Below are positions 35,959-49,052 of a stretch of DNA of 64,000 nucleotides, one piece after another. Origin of the DNA: Macrostomum lignano (Eukaryota). How positions within the stretch are numbered: the stretch's first letter is position 1; the number at the start of each line of letters is the position of its first letter. The notes under the pieces are model-generated. The model was given only the letters and a program-made list of their open reading frames with translations. It did not search any database and was not told the origin of the DNA. A program made the translations under genes and the position numbers. The DNA lies in assembly GCA_002269645.1 (NCBI GenBank), contig NIVC01000035.1, positions 620,001-684,000 of the forward strand, given 5' to 3'.

Positions 35959-38900
35959 ATGAGCACCCTGACGATGGAGAAGGCTACAGCTTCTTCTGGA
36001 AATTCAACAGCAACAGCGGCCGCAGCAGCAGCAGCAGCAGCAGCAGCCGCCTCTTCAATCTGGAGGCCGCAAACTGCTCAGTCGTCGGCTTCGCTGATGT
36101 CGCAGCTGCAGCATCCTCTGCCGCCCCAGCCACCGCCGCAGCTGCCGCCACCGCAGCCGCCGCAGCCGCAGTTGTCGCCGGCTCTGCATGCCGCGGCTCT
36201 GATGACGGCCTTCGGTCTGCATCCGCCGCCGCCGCCGCCGCCACAATATCCCCCTGCCAGCCGCTCCATGCTGCACCAGATGCACCCTGGCGGCAGGTAT
36301 CCGCCATTGTCTATGGCTGAGGTGCCCCGCCTGCCGCCTCAATTCCAGCCTCATCAGCAGCCTCATCTGCATCCGGGTCAGCTTCAGCCAAGGCTGCATC
36401 GATCTGTCGCAGCAGCAGCAAGCGGCAGCGGTGCAGAAGCGCTGCCAATGGTGAACCAACTGTTCAGGAGAGGCACAGTCCTGTCAATCTGGGGCGGCAG
36501 GTTCAAGCGGGTTGAAGAGCTCACCCTGCAGGATTTCGAACTGACGGCAATGGCTAACGCTGTGCCTGCCGCGGCCTCTTCTGCTTCCGCTGTTGCAGCA
36601 ATCGAATCTCAAGCCAGCGGCTTCAGCCTGATTCACTGTCGGCTTGTTCAGGTTGAAGACAGCAGGACTGACGGCACCTCCACACTGCAGCTGGTGTCGA
36701 TCGGTGCGGAGCGGAAGCAGGTGCGTTCTGAGCTGGGCTTGATTTTCGATTTTGAATTTCTGAACTTCAGATTGTGCCATAGACATAATAGGGATAAGGG
36801 CGTCCCTATAAGACAGGGGCGCCCACCGAGAGAGAGGGGCGCCATCCAAGAGACAGGGGCGCCCACCAAGAGACAGGGGCGCCATCCAAGATACAGAGAC
36901 GCCATCCAAGAGACAGGGGCGCCCACCAAGAGACAGGGGCGCCATCCAAGATACAGGGGCGCCATCCAAGAGACAGGGGCGCCATCCAGAAGACAGGGGC
37001 GCCATCCAAGATACAGGGACGCCATCCAAGAGACAGGGGCGCCATCCAAGAGACAGGGGCGCCCACCAAGAGACAGGGGCGCCCACCAAGAGACAGGGGC
37101 GCCCACCAAGAGACAGGGGCGCCAACCAAGAGACAGGGACGCCATCCAAGAGACAGGGGCGCCCACCGAGAGAGAGGGGCGCCATCCAAGAGACAGGGGC
37201 GCCATCCAAGAGACAGGGACGCCATCCAAGAGACAGGGGCGCCCACCAAGAGACAGGGGCGCCATCCAAGAGACAGGGACGCCATCCAAGAGACAGGGGC
37301 GCCATCCAAGAGACAGGGGCGCCATCCAAGAGACATGAGCGCCATCCAAGACACAGGGGCGCCATCCAAGAGACAGGGGTGCCAACCAAGAGACAGGGGC
37401 GCCAACCAAGAGACAGGGGCGCCAAAAATAGGTCGCCAAGGAGCAACAGGCGCAACTCTGGCGCCCCAAACGCCGCGCAAGGATCACTTCAGCACCACAA
37501 GACAAGCCTGCTTCGCTGAGAACAAACGCGAACTCCCTGCTAGAAAAACTCGTCAGTTTTAATTTAATTTAAGCAAAACTAAACTATCGGAAGAGCCCAT
37601 GTAGATTTTTTATATTCGCACGAGCATAAAGTTTCAAGGCTTCAAGAACAGTTACTTAAAATTCTGTATAAGTCAATTTGACAGCTCTAGCTAGTATATA
37701 CTTAATTGTCTCCCACACTTTTCTACTTGTCACTACTGGAGTGGCCTCGTTGGTACCGTAATAAATTCTGGCCGTGAGACTCTTTAGTTTATGGTCCATT
37801 TAACTTTACAAAATGCAGCAAGAATGGCTTTCGTTTGTCTGTGCGCTAAAGCTTATTTGTCTATGGCTTTATATTTGGCGACTTGTCTGTCTATGGTTCT
37901 TTTGATTGAAGATCTGCTGCCTGAATGTAATTGCCGTGAATCTTTGAACCATAGACATCTTGGACCATAGACATCTCGGACCATAGACATCTCGAACCAT
38001 AGACATCTCGGACCATATACATCTCGGACTATAGACATCTCGAACTATAGACATCTCGGACCATAGACATCTCGGATCATAAACATCTCGGACCATAGAC
38101 ATCTTGGACCATATACATCTCGGACCATAGACATCTCGGACTATAGACATCTCGGACCATAGACATCTCGGACTATAGACATCTCGGACTATAGAAATCT
38201 CGAACCATAGACATCTCGGACCATAGACATCTCGGACCATAGGCATCTCTTTCCTGTGTGTCTTTGTAAAAAGTGTCCCTCCATATTTGGAAAATAGATG
38301 CAGCAGCAATCAATGATGGTCAGTTAACAATCGCGCCTTAACCCTAACCCCAACCAAGCGAGATAGAAACAAGGGGTAGGAGCAAGCTTGTGAAAGGGAG
38401 AGGAGTGAGCAGGGAGAGTGACAGGCAGTTATGAGTGAAATCAGCCGCTTGAAAATGCCGACCCAAATGCCCATATAGTGGTGTCTGAATACCGCTTAGC
38501 GACCCGACCTAAACTGACTATTCCCTTAAACCCCTCCCCCACTTGAGCGCGTTAAAACCACTCCTCACTATTGCTACTCCACGATAAACTGAGGCGGAGT
38601 CGTCACTGATCCTCAAGTCCCCCCTCTGCTCCCCACTGTCCACCCCCCCCACAAACACTGACTGACCCGGCCATATGCTAATGCCAAGGACTTCTAATCC
38701 TGCCGCTAAAACTCCCCAGTGTAAGTCAATTCCGTCTGGACTAGAACCAGTTAATTCAAGTTAATATCGGCGGTTTCTATAGCATCCCTCTCTGACCAAA
38801 TTTACAGACAATCTAATGACCAAATTTACAGACAATCTAATGACCAAATTTACAGACAATCTAATGACCAAATTTACAGACAATCTAATGACCAAATTTA

Positions 38901-40709
38901 CAGACAATCTAATGACCAAATTTACAGACAATCTAATGACCAAATTTACAGACAATCGAATGACCAAATTTACAGACAATCTAATGACCAAATTAGAAGA
39001 CACTCTATGGCCAATTTTACAGACAATTCCCGAAAAATTTTTACAGAAATTCTATGACCTTATTTTACAGACAATCTACGAGCGTATGACTAATTTACAG
39101 ACCGTCTATGACCAATGTCACAGGCAATTTATTACTGAATTATATAGACAGTCTATGAACCAATTTTACAGGCAATCTATGACCAATTCATAAGACATTC
39201 TATAACCCAGTGTATTGCCTTTCTTGAACAATTGTTTTAACTATTTATACCGCTGATTGAATAGTTTTATGAACCTTTAGGACTAAGTCTAGCAACGCTC
39301 TATTAACAATATTAATCCAACTTCTAGTCCAGATGCATCGCATCAGCGGTCCATGGCACAGCTATTTAAATTGTTGCCGTGGGCACGGCCGGCTCCCGCC
39401 GCGCCCTACAAAGCTGTTCAAACCTATCGTTGAAGATCTTTACACACTTGACCAAAAACTGGCCAGTGCAATGGCAGGCAGACAGTTCCTGCCATGGCCC
39501 CTCAAACTTGTTTGACTCTTTCACAGGCAGAGAGGTATAATCGAGAGTAGGAAAAAGTGTTGGAAAAATGAAAAGCTACACACTACGCAAGTACGGTAGT
39601 CGTCGCGTCTGTTATAGAGCTAATACGTCACTTGAATCCCAAATGCTTAACTATGCATTTTCAGTGATAATTGAGTTGCTAACTCAATTGAGAGGTTAGG
39701 AGAAAAAATCTTTGCATAAAGCTGAATGAAATGACACATTTTTTGTTAATGAAACTTCGAGCTTATGAAGCACCCCTCCCTCCGACGCAAATTCAGCTCG
39801 TCTCGCGTGTCACCGGGGAAAATTGAAAAGTAAAACAAAAAATTGCATGTTAAAGTGAGCAATTATGAGTTAAAATTTTCTTCGCTTAATTCTCGATCTC
39901 TGTCTCTCTATCTCCTGCTCGTCTCTCTTGAGTTTGAGTTGATCGGCTGCGTGGGCAGGACAGGCCCGATCCCTTGGATCAGTTATCGATTTGAGTATAT
40001 CAGTGTATCCCAGCTCAAACACACGCTTTCGCCTAACACGTGCTTGACATCCGAGCAACATTAAAAAGTTGTTACTCCTCCTAGCCTAGTCAGTGGAATT
40101 TCCTAGCAGAAAAAAACTGGCAACCGTTTGTTTGAGTGGGAAACGTGACTTCTTCTCTAATTCTTGGAGATCTTTTTAACGCCCCTGAAGGGTGTGTGCT
40201 CAAATTTGAGCTCAAATTTGTTATTCTCGGGAGAAATATAGACATTTTAGAATTCGCTGCTGCCGCGTTAGAATGAAAAGTGGCTGACAAATTTGTCCAA
40301 GAGCAAATATGGGAGCAGTGCCCCGTGTTTTCTAACTACAGATATGAAATTCTTGACTGTAGCATGTAGCCAATCGACTGTTTGGCTGATACAATGACGG
40401 TAAATTTTAATTGCTGCTAACGTGTTACCGAAAAACCTGAAACCCCAGCAGAACCGAAGTCTCCGCCTACCCTCAAGCCAGCCGCTATTTGTGCCAGACA
40501 AATCTGGCTGGTCTGCTCGGGATCCAATGCGAGCCATGGAGATTTTCGGTTTGGCCTGCGGTCGCCTAGAAATCGGCGATTGCATCATCGCCCTGACGCC
40601 GCGACTGCGAGCGTCGCCCGTATCAGCAGACGTCACCGCGGCACAGGCAGCTGGACTGAAGTCCAATCAGCATCGATCGTCGAGAAAGCGGAGCCACTCT
40701 CCTAGCTAG
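35959..40709 (+). CDS. ATXN1: Ataxin-1-like AXH-domain protein; exons 35959-36720 and 40452(or 40449)-40709 (about 339 aa)
   Basis: FRRGTVLSIWGGRFKRVEELTLQDF matches the ATXN1 AXH start (FMKGSIIQLANGELKKVEDLKTEDF). Exon 2 QPLFVPDKSGWS...FGLACGRLEIGDCIIAL matches the AXH C-half (YPFFVFGQGWS...LPCSKLSVGDVCISL). Phase-0 GT-AG intron. Confidence 0.88.
36810..37425. repeat. 20-bp GC-rich minisatellite (CCATCCAAGAGACAGGGGCG), AXH intron
   Basis: Direct inspection. Confidence 0.95.
37948..38245. repeat. 16-bp minisatellite (CCATAGACATCTCGGA), AXH intron
   Basis: Direct inspection. Confidence 0.93.
38793..38995. repeat. 24-bp minisatellite (GACCAAATTTACAGACAATCTAAT), AXH intron
   Basis: 8-aa periodicity. 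Confidence 0.93.
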
Positions 40710-42289
40710 AATATTACTTGAATGTAATAATGATTGTATAATGTACATGTAGCTATGGATGGAAGAAAGGATTTTCCACGGAAAGCACGCGGTTTTCCCA
40801 TATTTTCACTTTTTGGCCCTCAATCTAAAAGATAGCATTGTTTACTTCAAAGCTGGCATTGAAAGGAAGTATATAACCACACAGTGGGCCATTAGCGTTT
40901 TCACTCTCTTACCCGACGAGGGATCGATTATCAGTTTAGCCAGACCAACCCACCTCACTCCATTGCGAGACCCTGTTTTAGGAATGTACACTGTGTGTGT
41001 ACAGTAGCTGCCTTGACCCTCCCCCTCTCCACCACGGTCTAAAATGTACATAGCTAAACTGCGTACATTGATTCGAACTGTACATGTGTTTCACAACCTA
41101 TTTTACTTTAGTCGTCGTGAAAACTTCAGTTCTTTTTTCACGTAAACCACAAAAGTAATTAGAATTTATTTACTGTTTTTAATTTTAATTATGCTCGATC
41201 TTACTCGAAAAGGTTTGCCCTTTTTGCTAGTCACAGGAAATTGTTTTCCTGTCTCAAAAAATCATCTGCCTCATATTAACAAAACTATTCAGCAAATTTT
41301 TTACGGTTTCCTTTGATTTTTCTCGAGTTGTAATTATTGTATTTAAACAAGCACCGTTTCTTCTGCTCTGTTGTTTTTTAATCGGAGTCTTTCGTACGAG
41401 CCTGTTGTCTTTCGGGCTCGTATAGGATCTGGAAATTCTCTTAATCTAATACTCTTTTTTTCTTATATTCTGTTTCTATCACAATCCACAATTCCTTGAC
41501 TTTAAACTAATTGAAGTTCCAATGTATCTCCACAAAGCTCGGCCTGTGAAACTTAACACTCACAGTTATTAGCTTTTCCTTTAAGTTTTTCTTTTCATTT
41601 ACAAAAACGACAATTTTTATTCTTCGTATCGTATAACCATTAGCCCAGGCCTTGATTTATATTTTTTAAAGTTTAACTGCTAAAACATAACACTTTTCAA
41701 TCAAAAAATTGGAGTCCAGCACAAGAAAGCAATTTTCCAATCTTTAGTATTTTTTGCGGTGTTTAGAATTCTTTCATCCTTCATAACACTCGTATTTCAG
41801 GTGGTATCCATTTTATGCCGAATATTATTACCCGAAATTGCTTTTCATTGTAAATTACAGTATCACGTATGCTTTGTTATTTAATTTTTCATCTAAATAA
41901 TTTATTTGCTAGCTAACTTTTGTATGCTTGTGTACATCGCGAATCTTTTGTTATAGTTTATAGTCTTTTGTTTTACTTCGCGTTGTCGCATTCCTGTTGA
42001 ACACCCGGCTTTGCCTTCGCCACAATACGCTCGTATCAAGAGGTGTTCCATTATTTAAGTTTCTAAAACCGAAATTAGAACTCTTTGTATCATAAGCCTA
42101 ACTTTTACGTGAAAAAATGTTATTTGATGAATAAATGCACTTTCATATAAAAATTACCTGCGGATCAAGGGAAATGACACATGACTGCCGTTTTCTTTTA
42201 GCAACATAATATTCTTCCTGATACAGTTCCACCTTATTAAACTTACATATATCTGAAAATTATTTTGATGAACTTGTTGAGAATAAGTG

Positions 42290-42860
42290 ATATTCAAGAG
42301 AGATTTTGTGAGATTCAATTGATATTCTGTGAGATTTAAGTGAGATTCTGTGAGATTCAAGTGAGAGTCTGTGAGATTCAAGTGAGATTCAAGTGAGATT
42401 CAAGTGAGATTCTGTGAGATTCTGTGAGATTCGTTGAGATTTAAGTGAGATTCAAGTGAGATTCTGTGAGATTCTGTGAGATTCTAGTGCGATCTGTGAG
42501 ATTTAAGTGAGATTGTTTGAGATTCAAGTGAGATTCCTGTCAGATTCAAGTGAGATTCTTTTAGATTCAAGTGAGATTCTTTTAGATTCAAGTGAGATTC
42601 TGTGAGATTCAAGAAAAATTCTGTGAGATTCAAGAAAAGTTCTGTGAGATTCAAGTGAGATTCTGTGAGATTCAAGCAAGATTCGGTGAGATTCAAGTAA
42701 GATTCTGTGAGATTCAAGTGAGAATCGGTGAGATTCAAGTGAGAATAGGTGGGATTCAAATGAGATTCAGAGTTCCCGGTGAGTTTCAAGCTATATTCGT
42801 TGAGATTTGTAAGTGAGATTCACTTGAGATTCAGTGAGATTTCAGTGATATTCGTTAAGA
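42290..42860. repeat. Degenerate 10/11-bp repeat (GAGATTCAAGT / GAGATTCTGT)
   Basis: Direct inspection. Confidence 0.85.
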
Positions 42861-43442
42861 TTTGTTGCGATCGTTGTTCGCTTTAAACATGTATTCAGCT
42901 GAGACTCTTCAAGATGAGCATAGATATTTTACTGAGAAAATCCAGACACAAACTTTCCAGCTTGTCACAGTATCGAGTGTCTCATCATCGTGACCGAAAA
43001 AATGAAATGAAACAAGCCGGAACTTATTGCTAATCCGGTTCCGCATACTGCGTACCCTTGTACAAATCTCGTGTAGCCATCAGTCAGTTTTCGAGTTGGA
43101 GACCAGCCAACATGTGACTTTCTAGGAATGCCCAATTTCAACGATAATAGCCTAGCATGACTGAGCACATCATTCTGGATTCCCACGAGGGGATTAAGAA
43201 GTTTCTTGAGCAGTTTTTGATTACTAATCTGGGGGTGAAAAATTGCGATAAATGGAAGACGCAAACTGAGAATTGAGTTTCTTTAGGACCCAGTTGTACA
43301 GTTCTAGATTAGGATAGCGTGTTCCTTGCACACTACTGCTAGTATAAAAATAAAGTTTTGATGTTTATATTCTATAATAATCTAAATAAAATTTTTCTTA
43401 TTTACATTTGTACGTTTTTTCACTGGTTAGATATACAAATTG

Positions 43443-44135
43443 CACCTGTTAGACAGGACAGTCTCACACACCAACCAAAGTCTCACACACCTGTTAGACA
43501 GGACAGTGTCACACACCTGTTAGACAGGACAGTGTCACACACCTGTTAGACAGGACAGTGTCACACACCTGTTAGGCAGGATAGTGTCACACACCTGTTA
43601 GGCAGGATAGTGTCACACACCTGTTAGACAGGGCAGTGTCACACACCTGTTAGACAGGGCAGTGTCACACACCTGTTAGACAGGGCAGTGTCACACACCT
43701 GTTAGACAGGGCAGTGTCACACACCTGTTAGACAGGGCAGTGTCACACACCTGTTAGACAGGGCAGTGTCACACACCTGTTAGACAGGGCAGTGTCACAC
43801 ACCTGTTAGACAGGGCAGTGTCACACACCTGTTAGACAGGGCAGTGTCACACACCTGTTAGACAGGACAGTGTGACACTCCTGTTAGACAGGGCAGTGTC
43901 ACACTCCTGTTAGACAGGACAGTGTGACACACCTGTTAGACAGGACAGTGTGACACACCTGTTAGACAGGACAGTGTCACACACCTGTTAGACAGGACAG
44001 TGTCACACACCTGTTAGACAGGGCAGTGTCACACTCCTGTTAGACAGGACAGTCTCACACACCAACCAAAGTCTCACACACCTGTTAGACAGGACAGTGT
44101 CACACACCTGTTAGACAGGGCAGTGTCACACCTGA
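43443..44135. repeat. 26-bp minisatellite (CACACACCTGTTAGACAGGRCAGTGT)
   Basis: Direct inspection. Confidence 0.95.
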
Positions 44136-44564
44136 CTTACGAAACCAAAATTGAAGGCGCACCAAGAGTCTGCATGCAGCTTAGGATTAAATTTGTGCAG
44201 CTGTCACTTTTCTCACATTTTTCTTCCCTAGCAACTGTTATATTACTTAGCTTAGCTCCATCAGTTGTTTCCGCGATGTCTTGAGGGATAATCCACTCCA
44301 TTGAGCCGACAAGCTGGCAAATGGATTAAAGCATCGAGTGAAGTGCTTCTCCCTGATGCCTCATGGCCTGCTCGAAGCTCGAAGGCGCTCTGCTGGGACA
44401 CCCCAGGCCACACCTCTGAGGCCTGCGTCATCCCAATAGTCTGCAGCTGAGCTGGGGGCTTATAACTGGGGTATGAAGTACGCAGATGAAGAGGCGTGTG
44501 GCTGCATGCATTTTTAACTGGATGCTGGTCCTGCTGCTCATTATATATGCTTCATCTGCGTCTT

Positions 44565-45728
44565 GGCTCAATAGATTAGCAATCCACTCTAATCCTTCAT
44601 CCATCTTGTGTCTCAGTAGATTAGCAATCCACTCTAATCCTTCATCCATATTGTGTCTCAGTAGATTAGCAATCCACTCTAATCCTTCATCTATATTGTG
44701 TCTCAATAGATTAGCAATCCACTCTAATCCTTCATCCATATTGTGTCTCAATAGATTAGCAATCCATTCTAATCCTTCATCCATATTGTGTCTCAATAGA
44801 TTAGCAATCCATTCTAATCCTTCATCCATATTGTGTCTCAATTGTAGATTAGCAATCCTCTCTAATCCTTCATCCATATTGTGTCTCAGTAGATTAGCAA
44901 TCCATTCTAATCCTTCATCCATATTGTGTCTCAGTAGATTAGCAATCCATTCTAATCCTTCATCCATATTGTGTCTCAGTAGATTAGCAATCCATTCTAA
45001 TCCTTCATCCATCTTGTGACTCAATCAATTAGCAATTCATTCTAATCCTTCATCCATATTGTGTCTCAGTAGATTAGCAATCCATTCTAATCCTTCATCC
45101 ATCTTGTGACTCAATCAATTAGCAATTCATTCTAATCCTTCATCCATATTGTGTCTCAGTAGATTAGCAATCCATTCTAATCCTTCATCCATATTGTGTC
45201 TCAGTAGATTAGCAATCCACTCTAATCCTTCATCTATATTGTGTCTCAATAGATTAGCAATCCACTCTAATCCTTCATCCATATTGTGTCTCAATAGATT
45301 AGCAATCCATTCTAATCCTTCATCCATATTGTGTCTCAATTGTAGATTAGCAATCCTCTCTAATCCTTCATCCATATTGTGTCTCAGTAGATTAGCAATC
45401 CATTCTAATCCTTCATCCATATTGTGTCTCAATAGATTAGCAATCCACTCTAATCCTTCATCCATATTGTGTCTCAATAGATTAGCAATCCATTCTAATC
45501 CTTCATCTATATTGTGTCTCAATAGATTAGCAATCCACTCTAATCCTTCATCCATATTGTGTCTCAGTAGATTAGCAATCCATTCTAATCCTTCATCCAT
45601 ATTGTGTCTCAGTAGATTAGCAATCCATTCTAATCCTTCATCCATATTGTGTCTCAGTAGATTAGCAATCCATTCTAATCCTTCATCCATCTTGTGACTC
45701 AATCAATTAGCAATTCATTCTAATCCTT
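44565..45728. repeat. 45-bp satellite array 2, same family and orientation as 32010-34665
   Basis: Same unit; flanks differ from array 1. Confidence 0.97.
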
Positions 45729-46244
45729 ATTCATAGAGGTTATATGGCTTCTATTTTTATGACTATAAACTAATCGCCCCTCTCAGAATATCAATCAGGT
45801 TGATAGCGAGTATCAGGCAGCTCAGTTATAGAAAGTGAATTTGTTATGCCAGATCAAAGGCACTTTTCCGGCTCAGCAACCCTAATCAATCAGCTTTCCT
45901 ACCTCGCTCTATTTCGACTCGATTGGCTCTGGAAACTTAGCAGTACTCAGTCTTAAAGCCTGGAGAACCGGCTCTAGGGGACAGAATTCAATCAGTCAGT
46001 GTCTTGTTTTTTATTGCTTTGCAGAGCTGAGCAGATTTAGACTCAACTGGGCCAAGCCGTCTTCTTTTTAGTTTGTTTGTAAATTGAAACGATAAGTTCG
46101 GGATCAGTGCATGAGGATTGTCAGTTTTTTATAAAAAGGCATGGGCTCAATATAGTCGGGCAGGCATCCCCGCGCCTCCTACTTGTTGTGCGTGGGAACC
46201 TGAGAAGCATCTTGTGTCACTTTGCACTGATGGTTTTTATTTCC

Positions 46245-46940
46245 CGCTTTTCTCTCCTCTCTCCTTCCCCTTCCCCTTTTATACCCTCTCCCCTTTCCTC
46301 TCCTGTCTCCCCTCTCCTCTCCTCTCTCATCTCCTCTCCTCTCTCCTCTCTCCTCTCCACCACTCTCCTCTCTGATCTCCTCTCTCCTCTCTTTCCTCTC
46401 TCCTCTCTCCTCTCTTCTCTCTCCTCTCCTCTCTCCTCTCTTCTCCCTCCCCTCTTCTCTACCTTATCTCCTCTCTCCTCTCTCCTCTCTCCTCTCTCGA
46501 CTCTCTTCCCTCCTCTCACTTCTATCTTATCTCCTCTCTCCACACTCTACTCTCCTCTCTCCACTCTCCCCTTCTCTCTCTTCTCTCCTCTCTCCACTAT
46601 CCCCTTCTCTCTCTCTTCTCTCCTCTCTCCTATCTCCTCTCTCTTCTCTTCTCCCTCCCCTCTTCTCTACCTTATCTCCTCTCTCCTCTCTCCTCTCTCG
46701 ACTCTCTTCCCTCCTCTCACTTCTATCTTATCTCCTCTCTCCACACTCTACTCTCCTCTCTCCACTCTCCCCTTCTCTCTCTTCTCTCTTCTCTCCTCTC
46801 TCCTCTCTCCTCTCTCTTCTCTCCTCTCCTTTCTCCTCTCTCCTCCTTTTTTACTCTTTAAGACGCTCCTCTCATAACTTTTGTTATCGATAATGCAAGC
46901 AAACATCAGAATTTTATGTGCATCTTCAAGGAAACTGAGT

Positions 46941-47010
<70 letters not shown>
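46245..47010. repeat. CT-rich pyrimidine tract (46245-46850) and (CA)n (46941-47010)
   Basis: Direct inspection. Confidence 0.9.
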
Positions 47011-47012
<2 letters not shown>

Positions 47013-48019
47013 CTAAGTATCTTTCTATTCAATAATGGATATTACACTTCACCTGCATAGCGCAAACAAGTACAAGCATATTGTGAGGTCAAGGCACTCT
47101 CATCGCATCCTGACTAATTGGATAGGCATCTAGGCTTTTACCTTTCATCTATATGTAGCTCATTAAGAAGAGAAGCTTTTTGTCGACAGTTATGAAAGGA
47201 AGAGAGGAAAAGATGATTCCTGTGCCCGTTAGAACTTATTTTGTTTTAAAGTATGGTTTGTTGTCTAGCCCAAGGCTATTAGCTAATTAGAATAGGCTAT
47301 TAGCTAAATAAAATAGACTAATAGGCTATTAGCTAATTAGAATAGGCGTAGCGTATTGGAACAGTCTATTAGCTAAATAGAAAGAACAGACTATTAGCTA
47401 ACTACATTTAGATCATTAGCTAATTAGAATAGGCTATTAGCTAAAATTCAATAAAATCCCTTTTAAATAAGACAAATCAAGTTGGTGTTTTAAATTAAAA
47501 AACAGGGTGCAAAATATTCATTAAAAAGTGCTGGTGTCACCTGCAGAATACGTAGGTAATTTCATTGAGTTTGTTTTTATTGAAATATTTATTAAAACAA
47601 ATACAGAATGCAACACTCTCTGTATTCTTTAAATAGAAGACGTAAAGTTAAAACATATTTTCAATAGATAACGAATATGATTGTTAAATAGAGTTCAACC
47701 ATTTTTTAAATTAGAAACAAGCATTTTTACAACTTTGTTTCAAACACGATGAATATGTTCTACTTAGTTTTCTCTTATAATTTGACTGCTTAAGTCTTAA
47801 CACTTAAACAAACATAGCTAATTGTACAAAATTGTTCATTTCAATTCACGTAATTTCATATAAAAAAGTATTAATACTTAATTAGCTGTTGGTTTCTGTC
47901 ACACACCTATTTACGAAGACAAATTTATTTCACATGTGTGCCAATGAAATATCAGGATTAATAACCTGATTAAATCTTGCTAGAAAATATGAAATATGGG
48001 AAAATTTCATTAATCAACC

Positions 48020-48995
48020 TGCATCTGACACCCCGACTAAACAGAAACTAGCATCTGACACACACCTGACAGGTTCAATTCAGTATCTGACACACACCTG
48101 GCAGGTTCAATTCAGTATCTGACACACACCTGACAGGTAAAAGTCAGCATCTGACACACACCTGACAGGTTAAAGTCAGCATCTGACACACACCTGACAG
48201 GTTAAAGTCAGCATCTGACACACACCTGACAGGTTAAAGTCAGCATCTAACACACACCTGACAGGTTAAAGTCAGCATCTGACACACATCTGGCAGGTTA
48301 AAGTCAGCATCTGACACACATCTGGCAGGTTTAAGTCAGCATCTGACACACACCTGACAGGTTTAAGTCAGCATCTGACACACATCTGGCAGGTTTAAGT
48401 CAGCATCTGACACACACCTGGCAGGTAAAAGTCAGCATCTAACACACACCTGACAGGTAAAAGTCAGCATCTGACACACACCTGACAGGTAAAAGTCAGC
48501 ATCTGACACACACCTGACAGGTAAAAGTCAGCTTCTGACACACACCTGACAGGCAAAAGACAGCTTCTGACACACACCTGACAGGTAAAAGTCAGCTTCT
48601 GACACACACCTGACAGGTAAAAGTCAGCTTCTGACACACACCTGACAGGCAAAAGACAGCTTCTGACACACACCTGACAGGTAAAAGTCAGCTTCTAACA
48701 CACACCTGACAGGTTTAAGTCAGCATCTGACACACACCTGACAGGTTTAAGTCAGCATCTGACACACACCTGACAGGTAAAAGTCAGCATCTGACACACA
48801 CCTGACAGGTAAAAGTCAGCATCTGACACACACCTGACAGGTAAAAGTCAGCATCTGACACACACCTGACAGGTTTAAGTCAGCATCTGACACACACCCG
48901 ACAGGTAAAAGTCAATATCTGACACACCCCTGACAGGTAAAAGTCAGCATCTGACACACACCTGACAGGTTTAAGTCAGCATCTGACGCACACCT
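48020..48995. repeat. 32-bp minisatellite (TCTGACACACACCTGACAGGTAAAAGTCAGCA)
   Basis: Direct inspection; internal inverted repeat ACCTG-A-CAGGT. Confidence 0.95.
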
Positions 48996-49052
48996 AACCG
49001 CCAACAACCCCATTGACAGAGCGCCGCACTAAAGTACATTATCAAATTCTAA

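Noticed and set aside
38330-38360. Telomere-like TAACCCTAACCC
   Set aside because: Only two units; not an interstitial telomeric array.
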